This document shows positions 12,224-24,769 of a stretch of DNA of 64,000 nt, piece after piece. The DNA comes from the human T2T-CHM13v2.0 reference genome, Homo sapiens. The position numbers were made by a program, and so were the translations under genes. How positions within the stretch are numbered: position 1 is the first letter of the stretch; each line of letters begins with the position of its first letter. The notes beneath the pieces were generated by a model. That model saw nothing but the letters and a program-made list of their open reading frames with translations, did not search any database and was not told the DNA's origin. The stretch lies in NCBI RefSeq assembly GCF_009914755.1, contig NC_060945.1; one strand, written 5' to 3'.

Positions 12224-12650
12224 TGCAATGGACTGTATTGTGTTCCAATTCATACGTTGAATTCATATGTTGAAGCCCAAAGTTCATATGTTGAAGCCCT
12301 AACGCCTTATGTGACTATCTGGAGATAGGGTCTTTAGGAGGTAATTAAGGTTAAATAAGGTCATAAGGGTGGGGCCCTAATCTGATAGTACAGTGGCTTA
12401 TATGAAGAGGAAGAGAGAGAGAGACCTCTCTCCTTCTCTCCAGGCACGTGCACCTGAAGAGAGGCGATGTGAGCACACAAAGAGAAGGCAGCCATCTGCA
12501 AGTGAGGAAGCAGGCTTTCACCAGGAACCCAACTGGCTGGCATCTTGATCTTGGACTTCTCAGCCTCCAAACTGTGAGAAAGTAAATTTCTCTTGTTCAA
12601 GTCAACCAGTCTATGGTACTTTGTTATGAATGCCCAATCAGACTAAAACA
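12224..12650 (+). mobile_element. MLT1A-type solo LTR
   Basis: tgcaatggactg ... gactaaaaca, flanked by a perfect 5-bp TSD ATCAG. Confidence 0.92.
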
Positions 12651-14689
12651 ATCAGAAACCCCATGACAAGTCTAATGCTTTTGATTGGTTTAATGACAAT
12701 GAATGAAAAAAAGAATAATTACTTTTTTCAAATCATTCTGTAATATAGTCATCATCCAAGAATGAATTATAGCACAATACATGGCATGTATGAATTTAAG
12801 AATAAGGACTAACCCAAAGGCTTGAGAATAGAATGTAACAAAGTAGGGAAGTGAGAAAAAAATATTAAAATGTGCCATAAGTCACATTCAACAACAAAAA
12901 AAAATATTTTGTTCTATGTGGAAACTTTTACTCAGCCTACATATTATTTGACTCTAAGTTTGATTAGCTGTGATAAAGTTCGAGAAACATTTTAGCCCCA
13001 TTTTCCTAGAGTTCATCAAAGATTGCTAAAAAATCACATAAGTGTTGCTTTTAAGCTGTAGCCCCAATATGTTTTTCTAAACTGGAATACGGAAACTCAT
13101 CTAGTGTTTCTTATGAAGCACAGGATCCCACCAAGAAAAAGAAATGTCATTTATTTCTCATATTTGTCTCATATTACATTTTTTATAGAAAGTTGGTTAG
13201 AAATTTGCAACCCAAAATTAGCAAGAAAAGTCTATGACAACCTCACCCTCACTATATATTCCTTGAATAAAGGTTGCCTTTATAGAGGAATTAACTGAAA
13301 AATTTGAAACATGCTTTACATATTTACCATTATGATGCCTAAAATAAACATACCAGTGTAGATTCAGAAATCTAGATCAAAGACACCTTTTCACATTTTA
13401 CTCATTTTTTAAGTAGTAAATAGAAGGATGTTCTAAGCAATTAGCCCAGAGATGCTTGACATTTTCACAGCAATCCAATCAACTTAACAGGGACATATTT
13501 GCAATGGCTTGGTTCTTCTGAAGGTAACAACTTTTTCTCTTCTTTTCTCTTTTTCTTTTTTTTTTCTGTTCAAAATTCAGAATTACTTCTCTCACTTGCT
13601 AAAGTGATACCCTTAATTTCTAGGGCATTCTGACATATTTGTCAGCACCATCTCTCCAACAACCTTAAAAATTGTCACAGGGATAAATGAATTTTTGAAA
13701 GCTAAAACTCAAAACTTTATTCTGTCATCCTTTATATACTTTTTTATTGATGATCATGAGCCTTATTAATTGGATTCGTCACCTTTCCCTGTGGCCAAAA
13801 CTTTGAAAGTAGAATTTTGAGTTTTATTCTTTACTATATCATTTTACTCTAAAATATGTTCAAATAGATTTTTCCACACTGTGTAGTACTGTACTGTGTA
13901 AAGAACGTTTGTAACTAGGTCAACATACACTGTTTCTAGGCACCACTAAGGAAATAACTGTGTTATACCCATAATAGAAAATTACCAGAGTAACAGGATT
14001 AAAATGACTCATTAGGCCTTTGATTGGGGTGCTCTGTGCTACAGGTAGTGCCAAATCGAGGGCTCTGAAGACTCATGTTGTGAAAGTTTCCTTGAGAGGT
14101 CAGAAGTCACTCTTTCAAAATACAAAGACTCTTTCAAAAAACAGATGAGTGAGTGCATTGGATCTTGAGAAAATGGAATATGGCCCTTCTTTCTCTCTGA
14201 GAATGAACATGCAGTTTGAGTAGTCTGAATCTTGGAGGAAACAGAAGAAGCTGGTCTACACAACACCTTTCTCTGCATTATCTAGAAAGGTAAAGAATAA
14301 CCAACCACAGCCCTGCAGGGTGACAGCCACCAGAGTGAGACTGACAGGAGGATATTTGGAAGAAGCACCTGAATCCGAAAAGGAAGAATCCATACATCTT
14401 CCATCCCTGTGCCTGAAAAAAGCGACTTTCAGAAAGATCAAGAATTTGGTAGCCTAGAAAAGAGGGATCTCTGCTTTATATACAAATTCTGATACAGTGT
14501 CCTACATGAATGTTTTATTCATTCATTCAGTACTTCTTATTGCTGTCTGTGAACTAGATACTAGAAAAGGATAAAATACTAAACAATCATTTATGACTCC
14601 TGTCCTCATACAGCTCATATCTAACTAGGACATGTAAATTTGGGCACCATTCTGTATGTCTTTCCTTATCTACACAAAATTTGTCAATG

Positions 14690-15165
14690 CGCCCTACTTT
14701 CTCTATCTTCAAAATAGATCCAGAATTTGGCTGTTTATCACAAAACATCAACTTGGTACACAACACAATAATTTTTGCCTGTATTATTGCAACTACCTCC
14801 TACCTGACCTACTGTTTTATAATAAGTTTGTCCAGCTTCAGCATATTCTCCAAAGAACAGACATAGAGATTCCATGAAAACATAATCTCACTCCTCTATT
14901 CACAACCTTTCAATGGCTTTCCATCTCACTCAGAATAAAAACTAAGAGTCCTTACCATGGTATACCAGGACCTACATGAGCTGGCCCCATTACTTCTCTG
15001 ACTACATCTCCTCCTCCCTCCTCCCTTATTCATTTCACCTTAACTAAACTGGGCTCATCACTTGTCACTGTTCTTTGAACAGAGCAGGCAAGCTCCTTGC
15101 TCAGAGTATTGCACTTCATACACCCTCTGCCTGTAATGTCCTTTCCTCTGCTATCCAAATGATCT
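14690..15165 (+). mobile_element. L2 fragment
   Basis: caatggctttccatctcactcagaataaaa ... tccttaccatgg ... ctctgcctgtaatg. Confidence 0.7.
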
Positions 15166-15804
15166 CAGGGAGCAATGGAGTGAACATGTAAAAGCTTAAA
15201 ATTTGCATTTCTTTTTAAATGTTTTTCAACTCAAACTGTTCATTATTTGGTACTGACCTCATGCCCAATTTGGTTATATTAGCAAAATTCTTTATTATAT
15301 GAATGCTATACAACTGCTTTAATCCTGGCTTAAAGTCTTTTTCTCCACCTAGAGGGCATATATTCTGACTCTAATTCTAACTATCAACACTGTATACTTA
15401 ATAAATATTCACTTTTGTCAGACCTTAATTTTAACATAAATCATAATTAATACAGCCTCACTGGTGGCATCAATTAAATCCACAAATGCCAAAGTTGAAC
15501 AAATTTTCTTTAAAATTCTATCAATTCTAGATGCAATTTTGCACACATATTTGTCTCCAATACCTCACAAAACCCTACTGATTAAAAAAAGGATACAAGT
15601 ATAAAATAGAACAGTCATATAAAAAAGATAACGTGGCAGAGAAATGGAGGTGTGTGTGCATATTTTACCAACAAATAAGAAATGTCAACATATTTCTGCA
15701 AGATCAAAAATAAATGGAAATGGGTTGATAAAACAAGCAGGAAAAGTTACTGCAGTAAACTGCTAAGTATCTGCAAAGCTAAAAGCCAATCATATAGATG
15801 AAAC

Positions 15805-15925
15805 ATCTTGTATTGTGATTTTCTAGGGCAGTCTTTAACTTATTTTCCTAGAATAATTAATAGAAGCCCCCACTTTTCTCAAAATATGCCTGTTTAGAAG
15901 ACAATTAAATGACCATTATCCCTAT
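15805..15925. mobile_element. MER94-like hAT-Blackjack MITE
   Basis: Reverse complement ttttgagaaaagtgggggcttctattaattatt resembles the MER94 core. Confidence 0.5.
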
Positions 15926-16556
15926 GGAAATTCAGTTTTAGTTTCATAAGAAGCAAGAAAAATGTACACTGATTACAGTACAGGTGTTCTAGAAAGAATA
16001 CTAACCCACCTGGCAAACTTCATCAGCTTCTTCCACCCCATTCAGTCACGTGCTTTTGTCTCCTGGGTAAAAATAAAACAAAAGCCTTTTCTTTATAAAC
16101 TGAATGTCTAGGTAAGTGAATGTTTTGAAGGTGAATATTGATGCCCACAGTAAATCTCTCCTCATCTGGAATTTTGAGACCCACAGTCTAGCAGCCTACT
16201 CCTTTTCATCCTGAAGTGAAGAATGCCACTTCCCACTCAACTCTATCACACACAGAGAGAGCTTGCCATCACATCACCACTGCACCAGGAAGCGGGAGCT
16301 GCACTAGCAAGCCAGTCCTCTTCTCTTAAATATGAGTGGCCAACCAATGATCACCAGGCACATAAAGTACACCAGCTGCCTGAGGAGAAAGATCAAAATA
16401 CCAAACAAAATGACTGGTCGCACAGGAAACTCCACTAATTAGACAGTATTTTTATTATTTTACACAGATAGTTTTTGTTTGGGTTTGCCTACATGTTCTT
16501 TCTAAGCTACCCAGTATAGGGTATTTTGTTAGAGCAGCTCAAACAAAGACAGGCAG

Positions 16557-16934
16557 TAATGTGGTTTAGCTATGTCCCCACCCGAAATATCATCTTGAAT
16601 TGCCATCCAACTTGTAATCCCCATGGGTTGTGAGAGGGACCTCGTGGGAGGTGATTAGATCATGGAGGCGGTTCCCCCGTGCTGTTCTCGTGATAGTGAG
16701 TGAGTTCTCATGAGATCTGATGGTTTTATAAGGAGCTTTTCCCCCATTCACTCTGCATGTCTCTCTCCTGCCACCATGTGAAGAAGGATGTGTTTGCTTC
16801 CCCTTCTGCCATGATTTTAAGTTTCCTGAGGCCTACCCAGACATGCTAAACTGTGAGTCAACTAAACCTCTTTCCTTTATAAATTACCCAATCTCAGGTA
16901 TTTCTTCATAGCAGCACGAGAACAAACTAATACA
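16557..16934 (+). mobile_element. THE1 (probably THE1D) solo LTR
   Basis: taatgtggtttagctatgtcccca ... aacaaactaataca; TSD ggcag/ggaag. Confidence 0.92.
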
Positions 16935-17204
16935 GGAAGCTAATACTGATATTTCAGATTTACTACAGAAAAACACACTTGTCATGTATTGGTAGAACTC
17001 AGTGTATTAAGTACTTACTTTGTGTATATTGGATGTTAACTTTTAAGACGATTATATATTAGAATTTAACTTTTCATTGTTATCATTCATTGGTTCATTC
17101 AACAATATTCAGTAGTTGTCCATTATATACAAAGCCATGGCATAGGCACACAATGTAACCTTAAAAAATGTATAGATTACCCTGAAATGTTCCAGGAGGA
17201 ATTT

Positions 17205-17620
17205 TAAAAGGGTGCAACCAGTTTAAAAAATAGTTTGGCAGTTCTTGAAAAGGTTAATCATATAAGTTACTATAGGACCCAATAATTCTACTCCCAGGAA
17301 TATGTCAAGAGAAACAAACCCATATGTATATTCAAAAATTTTTATGTTTATGCCAGCATTATTCATAATAGCAAAAAAGTGGAAAAATTTCAAATGTCCA
17401 TCAACTGATGAATGGATAAATAAAATGTGGTGTATTCACACAATGGATACTTACTTGGTGACAGAAAGAAGTGAAGTACTAATACCTGCTACAACATGGA
17501 TGAACCTTGAAAATATTTTGCTAAGTTAAACAACATATTGTATGATTCTATTCACATGAAATATCCAGAACAGGTAAAATATAGACACAGAAAATAGATT
17601 AGTATGTGCCAGGGCTGAGT
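17205..17620 (+). mobile_element. L1MB-type ORF2 end and 3'UTR fragment
   Basis: caaatgtccatcaactgatgaatggataaataaaatgtgg ... gctacaacatggatgaaccttgaaaa. Confidence 0.85.
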
Positions 17621-18494
17621 CAAGGAGTCCATTCCCTTACCTTCAAGTTTCCCTTGAGATCAGCACAAGAATGAAATTAAGAAATTCTGTGTTGTGAGAT
17701 CATTAATGCAAGATGTCAATGAATCATAATGTTGATTGTGTAAGTCAGGCAAGATTTTAATGCCCCAAAAGTTATTTTCCATCCATTAAATAAAAGGAAA
17801 GCACTAGTATTCTTTTTGCTTTGTTAAATTATTATCCTTTTGTTCTTGTATTTGTACTATATGAAAGTTCAATAAGTTAGTAGAATAAAATACATTCCTC
17901 AAAAAAAAAATAGGTGTGGAATTTTAGGTCAAAAGTCAAGTACATTATCCTGACTTCTGAAATGTATCACCAATTACTCCCCCAAAACTTTGGACCAATT
18001 TATATGCCCACCAGGGGCTCATGAATGCTTTCATTTTTCTGAAGGCTTACCTACTGTAGATATTATTTTTGCTTATCTAAACCAAGATTTTAAAAACCAG
18101 ATTCTTTAAACAGAGGTTGTAATGACAGAGAAAGTAAATAACAACAAATTATAATGACAAATCATCTGAGCTACTTTAGAGTATATATACCTTCATTCAA
18201 ATCCAACTCTCACTATACGTGGTTAAATCAAGCCAGGATCTGATTATATTTATGATTTTGTCAGATTGTAGCATTTAGAAAAATGGTTAGCTTGTTCTTT
18301 TGAAATATCATGGTGAATACCATGAAGCAATGAATTTTGCTACCACAACTTCTTTTTACATATTTCCCAATGTGACAGGTAAAATATTAGAGTATAATAA
18401 TTTCTCATTGTCCTGCCTTCTGAGTTAGGAATAAATGTTTTTAAACATTGTTCAGCCAATTGGGTCTTTTGATGTAAAGTATGACGTATTTATG

Positions 18495-18945
18495 ACCTAT
18501 TGCTACCTTATAATAACCACAAACTTGGCTACTTTAACCAATCAAATTTATTATCTCACAGTTCTGTAGCTCAGAAGTCTGGTGAGCTCAGCTGTTTTCT
18601 CTGGCCTGGGTTTTATAGGCTGAAATCAAGTTGTTGGCAAGCTGGACTAGTATTCAGAGGTTCTGAGGGAGAATCTTCTTCCAAGCGCATTCAGGTTGGC
18701 TGTCAGAATCCAGGTATTTGGGCTTCAGAGGTGAAGTCTTTGCTTCCTTGTAGGCTGTGAACCAAGAGCCTCTCTCAGAGATATAAGGTGGCCTGAATTC
18801 CTCCATCTCCAGATAAGCTAGTGTGCTTTGAGTCATTATTACACTTGGAATCTCCTTCACTTCTCCTTCTACTGCACCTCTTCTGCCTGCAGCTAGAGAA
18901 AGTTATCTGCTTTTAAGGGATTACATGATTAGAGTGTGTCCATCT
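18495..18945 (-). mobile_element. MLT1E-type LTR fragment
   Basis: aaatttattatctcacagttctgtag ... ctgaaatcaag ... tctgcttttaaggga. Confidence 0.75.
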
Positions 18946-19042
18946 TACATCAAGTATTTTTCATCAGATTAAAAATACGGAGATCAATAAGATAGTAATC
19001 CTGCCCCCAAGGAACTCACACACAGTTTAATGGAGATATTAC

Positions 19043-19401
19043 TTTTTAAAATTATACTTTAGATTCTGGGATACATGTGCAGAGCGTGCATGTTTGTTAC
19101 ATAGGTATAGCTGTGTCATGGTGGTTTGCCGCACCCATCAACCCATCATCTACATTAGGTATTTCTTCTAATGCTATCCGTCCCCTAGCACCCCACCCCA
19201 AGACAGGCCCCAGTGTGTGATGTTCCCCTCCCTGTGTACATGTGTTCTCATTGTTCAACTCCCACTTATGAGTGAGAACATGTGGTGTTTGGTTTTCTGT
19301 TCCTGTGTTAGTTTGCTGAGAATGATGGTTTCCAGTTTCATCCATGTCCCTCCAAAGGAGACGAACTCATCCTTTTTTATGACTGCATAGTATTCCATGG
19401 T
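19043..19401 (-). mobile_element. L1PA7/8-type 3' end
   Basis: attatactttagattctgggatacatgtgcaga ... ctgcatagtattccatggt. Confidence 0.92.
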
Positions 19402-19434
19402 CTACATCTATTTTTTAAGGAAATAATTCTAGTA

Positions 19435-19830
19435 GTGTTCTTTGACCCAGTAACTCTATGTTAACATACTAAGGAAATGTTAGATGTAGCTTATATAAAA
19501 ATAAATATTAAAATGTAAAAAATAGGCTATAAAAATTGTCATTATAGCAGAGTATACAACAGCAAAATTGCTAACAACCTAAATGTTCAGCAAAAGTGAT
19601 AAGGTACACCCACATAATGAAGTGCTGTAAAGTCAATTAAAAGTATGTTGTAGATAGGTACTGATTAACATGTAAAAGGTTTTTTTTTTTCCACATCGTA
19701 TGGGTAATGTGTCAACGTTTGAGTGAAGTACATCTCACACATGAATGGGAAGACCCAAGCATCACACTTATGAACTACAAAAGGATCAACATATAAAAGT
19801 AAAACAAATCAACAACAAAATAATATTACA
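19435..19830 (+). mobile_element. Ancient L1ME 3' fragment hosting the U13 copy
   Basis: tttgacccagtaactc ... aacaacctaaatgt. Confidence 0.5.
19680..19786 (-). pseudogene. U13 snoRNA (SNORD13) retropseudogene
   Basis: Reverse complement atccttttgtagttcataagtgtgatgcttgggt ... tgtgtgagatgt ... cacattaccc matches U13; followed by an A11 tail; TSD aacatgtaaaag/aacatataaaag. Confidence 0.9.
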
Positions 19831-20652
19831 GTGAAGCGTCTGAAAGCACATGCTCCAAAATGTAGGTTTTTTTCTGTCAGTCTGCATCCTTTGACATTTC
19901 CATTATGATCATAAGCTTAGTAATAATAAACTAACAAAAATGTTATTTTTAACAAGTGAAGCTTATATTTCTGTGCTTTTATATAAATTTCCAGAAAGTT
20001 GTTTATCGAATTAGAACAAAAATGATTGTTTATATTTTAGGAAAAATGATAAAATAGCTTTTTATTGGGAGCAAAAAATTAAGACAAAAAATATTCTCCT
20101 TGTCCTCAGATGTTTATATCTCTTGTATTAAAAAAATCATCAGTTTTATTACTTACCAAAAACATAACTAATATCCCCTCCCACCATTATATCATAATTT
20201 TGTTTAAATTATGCACCAAATTTCATTAGTCAGACTCATTCATTTGAAAATGTTGCACAGTTCCACCTCTTCCTTTACCACTACAGAAACTTTATCTGAA
20301 GGTTTTATGTCCAAACATTGGCTAGAGAAACAAACATGATTCTATGGGCTCTGAACATATCAAAGATTACAAAACAATTTGACTTCAAGGGAGAAAGAAA
20401 GTGAAAACTTAGCTTTTGGAGATAAGTATCTATCTGAGACAAATCTGAAATGTACATTTTATCAGATTTTTCTCAATTTCAATTTTCATTGCTTGTATTG
20501 ACTGGCATAGGATGATGTTTTTCATGAAAAATCAAAGGAGGTCTTAGTGATCCAAAGGATTGCAGCATTTGAAATATGTTGTGGATTTACTTGTTGCTAA
20601 GTCCTTAATTGCTCCTCAAGCATAAGGAGTAAAAAAAAGTTGGGACACCACC

Positions 20653-20760
20653 TTCATGATCTCATCTAAACCTAATTGCCTCCCAAAGTCTCCACCTCCT
20701 AATAGCATCCCATTGGGGGTTAGTGCTTCAACATATGAATTGAGGATGCAGTCCATAATA
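20653..20760 (-). mobile_element. MLT1 LTR fragment
   Basis: ctaattgcctcccaaag ... cattgggggttagtgcttcaacatatgaatt ... cagtccataata. Confidence 0.7.
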
Positions 20761-21639
20761 CCTAGTTGGTAAGATTGCTTGAGAATTAAATTGAGTTCTG
20801 CATATAACCCACAGCCTGATATAATAAGGGCCCACACTGGATAGCAATGATTACTGGTAGGGGAAGTTAGTGGGTGAGGGTATGTCAAGAAAACAGTATG
20901 AGCTGTATGAGCAGAGGTGGGAATGGATCATTTGTGTTCAGGCAATGGCAAGCAGGTAAGACCAGCTGGGATGTAATATTCATGTTAGACAGAGGAAGGA
21001 AATATCAGAAGATCTGAAAGTGCATTGGGAAGAACCCTGGATTTCTTTGGATACCTTTTTCTTCCTAATTGTCTAATGTTTCTGGCAAATATTGGCCTCT
21101 ACTTTCTCTCAAAATGCCCATTACTTCCAGAAGAGCAACAGGAGTATTCAAACAACTAGCCAGCAATCATAAAAGTGGAAATTACTTTAGCTGCTCATTC
21201 AGAGCATGTCCTAAAGATAATTGAACTAAGGAAAGCTGAATATTCCCAAGGCAGATGTGCAGTGGAAACCCTAGCCCCAAGAACTCTATTACTGTCTCAA
21301 GAGGATGTGCACAATGAGGCTATGCAGAGAACAACATTACAGAGAGGAACTTAAGCTTCCTTTTCATTAATTTCGGAATGCGAGCTGCCTATCATTATGC
21401 TTTGAAATTGGCCCTGATGGATTTGCGGTTCGTGTTGGAAACATCTTTATTTTAGTAGATAGATCTATTCTTTCAACTCTTTTTGCTTTGTGTTATTACG
21501 ATTAAATATGATAGAATGATGCAGTAAACAAAGCAGGTAAGCTTCAAGTAGCTGAGGTACAAGAAAATAGGGTACATTTACAATCAGGAAATTGATAACA
21601 TTCGTTGGTTCAACTGGCAGGATAGTGGTGTTCTAGATC

Positions 21640-21808
21640 CTTGCTGCTACTCAAAGTGGGTTCAGAAACCAGCAGCAAGAGTATCACATGAGAATTGTTA
21701 GAAATGCAGTGTCTCAGACATCATTCCACACCTACTGAATCAGAATTTGTATTTTAACAAGGTCCCCTGGTAATTTGTATGTACACTAATGATTGAGAGG
21801 TACTATTA
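21640..21808. mobile_element. MER5A (hAT-Charlie)
   Basis: ttgttagaaatgcag ... acctactgaatcagaatttgtattttaacaagg. Confidence 0.8.
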
Positions 21809-22133
21809 GTTAATAATTGAGAGGCACTCACAATTGTGTTGTTGCTTTAGAAAGGCCCTCCCAACGCTTCCCTGCCCTCCCAACTCCCGTCAGTTAGAAA
21901 TGAAATTCAGCTGCTAGTCACACATTTGGGGTTTTATTTTTCTGATGTATGAAAAGTCAGTAGTTAGTGCAGAGCTGAAAGAGAAGCCCCATAATGTCAT
22001 CAGAAACTCAAGTTCATGCCATCTTTATGATCAGTGATCCTAATATATGTTTGTCACCTAAGGTCACAAGAAGAAAGCTCCAAATCTTGTCTGAGTTCCA
22101 AACAAAATGAAAGAAGTGTAAAATCAAAGTGCC

Positions 22134-24443
22134 TGATACAGTTTGGCTCTGGGTACCCACCCATATCTCATCTTGAATTATGATCCACATTTGTTGACAG
22201 AGGAACCTGGTGGGAGGTGATTGGATCATGGGGGAAGTCTCCCCCCCATATTGTTCACGTGATAGTGAGGGAATTCTCATGAGAGCTGATGCTTTAAAAG
22301 TGTTTGGCATTTCCCTCCTCACCCTCTCTGTCTCCTGTCACCTTGTGAAGAAGGTGCTTTCTTCCCCTTCACCTTCTGCCATGATTGTAAGTTTCCTGAA
22401 GCCTCCCCAGCCACGAAGAACTATACATCAGTTAAACCTCTTTTGTTTATAAATTACCCAGTCTCAGGTAGTACCTTTATAGCAGTGTAAAAATGAACTA
22501 ATACACAGAATTGGGGCAGTGCTATGAAGACACTTGAACATGGGGAAGTAACTTTGGAACCAGTAATGGGCAGAGGTTGGAATAGTTTGGAGGGCTCAGA
22601 AGAAAACAGAAAAATGTGGGAAAGTTTGGAATTCTCTAGTGGCTTCTTGAACGGTTTTGACCAAAATGCTGATAGTAATATGGACAAGGAAATCCAGGTT
22701 GAGGTGGTCTCAAATGGAGATGAGGAATTCATTGGGAACTGGAGCAAAGGTCCCTCTTGCTATGCTTTAGTGAAGAGACTGGCAGCATTTTGCCCCTGCC
22801 CTAGAGATCTGTGAAAATTTGAACTTGAGAGAGATGATTTAAAGTATCTGGCAGAAGAACTTTCAAGCAGCAAAGCATTCAAGAGGTCAATTCTGGCTTA
22901 TTCTGAAAGCATTCAGTTATATATGTTCACAAAGACATGGTTTGAAATTGAAACTTATGTTTAAAAGGGAAGCAGAGCATAAAGGTTTAGAAAATTTGCA
23001 GCCTGTTCATGTGGTGAAAAAGAAAACCCCATTTTCTGAGGAGGAATTCAAGCCAACGAGCTGAATATTAACAGCCAAGACAATGGGGAAAATGTCTCTA
23101 GGGCATGTCAGAGACCTTCAAGACAGCCCCTCCCATCACAGGCCCAGAGGCCTAGGAGAGCACAATGGCTTCTTGGGCCAGCCCAGGGCCCTACTGCTCT
23201 TTGCAGCCTCCAGACATGGTGCCCTGCAAGGCAGCTGCTCAAGCTCCAGCCATGGCTAAAAGGGGCCAAAGTACAGCTTCAGCTGTTGCTTCAGAGGATG
23301 CAAGCCCCAAGCCTTGGCAGCTTCCAAGTGGTGTTGGACCTGTGGGTGCATAGAAGACAAGAATCGAGCTTAGGGAACCTCTGCCTAGATTTCAGAGGAT
23401 GTATGAAAACCCCTAAATGTCCAGGCAGAAGTCTGTTGCAGGGGCAAAGCCCTCATAGAGAATTTCTTCTATGGCAATGCAGAGGGGAAATGTGGGGTTG
23501 GAGCCCAAACACAGAATCCCCTCTTGGGCACTTCCTAGTGGAGCTGTGAAAAGAGGGCCACCATCCTACAGACCCCAGAAGGGTAGATCTACTGACAGCT
23601 TGCACCATGCACCTGGAAAAGCCACAGGCACTCAATGTCATCCTGTGAAAGCAGCCATGGTGGCTATACCCTGCAGACCCACAGGGACGGAGCTGCCCAA
23701 TGCTGTCGGAGCCCACTTTTTACATCAGTGTGACCTACATGTGAGACATGTAGTCAAAGGAGATCATTCCAGAGCTTTAAGATATAATGACTGCCCTGTT
23801 GGGTTTCGTACTTACATGGAGCCTATGCCCCTTTGTTTTGGCCAATTTCTCCCATTTGGAATGGAAACATTTACCCAATGCCTGCAACCCCATTGTATCT
23901 AGGAAGTAATTAACTTGCTTTTGATTTTAAAGGCTTATAGGTGGAAGTGACTTGCCTTGTCTCAGATGAGACGTTGGACTGGACTTTTGGGTTAATACTG
24001 AAATAAGACTTTGGGAGACTGTTGGGAAGGCAGGATTGTGTTTTGAAATGTGAAAAGGACATGAGATTTGGGAATGGCCAGAGTAGAATGATATGGTTTG
24101 GCTCTGTGTCCCCAACCAAATCTGATCTCAAACTGTAATCCCCATGTGTTGAGGCAGGGACCTGGTATGAGGTGATTGGATTATGGGGGCAGTGCCCCCC
24201 ATGCTGTTCTCATGATAGTGAGTGAGCATTCATGAGATCTGATAGTTTTATAAGGGGCTCTTCACCCTTCGCTCTTTGTCTCTCTTCTGCTGCCTTGTGA
24301 AGAAGGCCCTTGCTTTCCCTTCACCCTCTGCCATAATTGCAAGTTTCCTGAGCCATGTGGAACTGTGAGTCAATTAAGTCTCCTTTGTAAATTACCCATT
24401 CTCAGGTAGTATCTTTATAGCAGTGTAAAAATGGACTAATGCA
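22134..24443 (+). mobile_element. Full-length THE1/MST MaLR element: LTR 22134-22505, internal 22506-24088, LTR 24089-24443
   Basis: Two LTRs (tgatac/tgatat ... actaataca/actaatgca) flank a ~1.6-kb internal region that carries a fragmented MaLR ORF. Confidence 0.95.
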
Positions 24444-24769
24444 CCCACAATTACTAGAGATCCTATAATCGACCCCTTATCTCATGATGATCATCATGAC
24501 CGTTTTCCCTGACTGAGCTCTGACAAATATAATCCCAACAGTGAGGTCTTTCCAAGCCCATTGTAAAACTGAATCAACTCAAATACAAGTTAGATAAACA
24601 TACAAAAATGTTTATGCATTCAAGTATTTAAAAAAGTGGGTACTGAATATTTAGTTCTCATATAATTTCAGTGAGACGAACTATCCCTTGATATTTATAT
24701 ACAGTAATTTTCATTGTTTGGTTGTACACCATATATTTTGATCTTCCACTGGTCTCTCTCCACTCAAAT

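Noticed and set aside
14330-14460. Purine-rich, exon-like stretch
   Set aside because: Both plus-strand frames I translated stop within 40 codons, with no recognisable homology and no convincing splice-site pair
1-23460. Inverted MaLR pair (1-1356 and 22134-23460) as an active inversion substrate
   Set aside because: The copies are visibly diverged with no long perfect tracts, so present-day NAHR is unlikely
22524-23902. ORFs of 96-143 aa in the MaLR internal region, and their homologs at 240-897
   Set aside because: Broken remnants of the known MaLR internal ORF; no continuous reading frame
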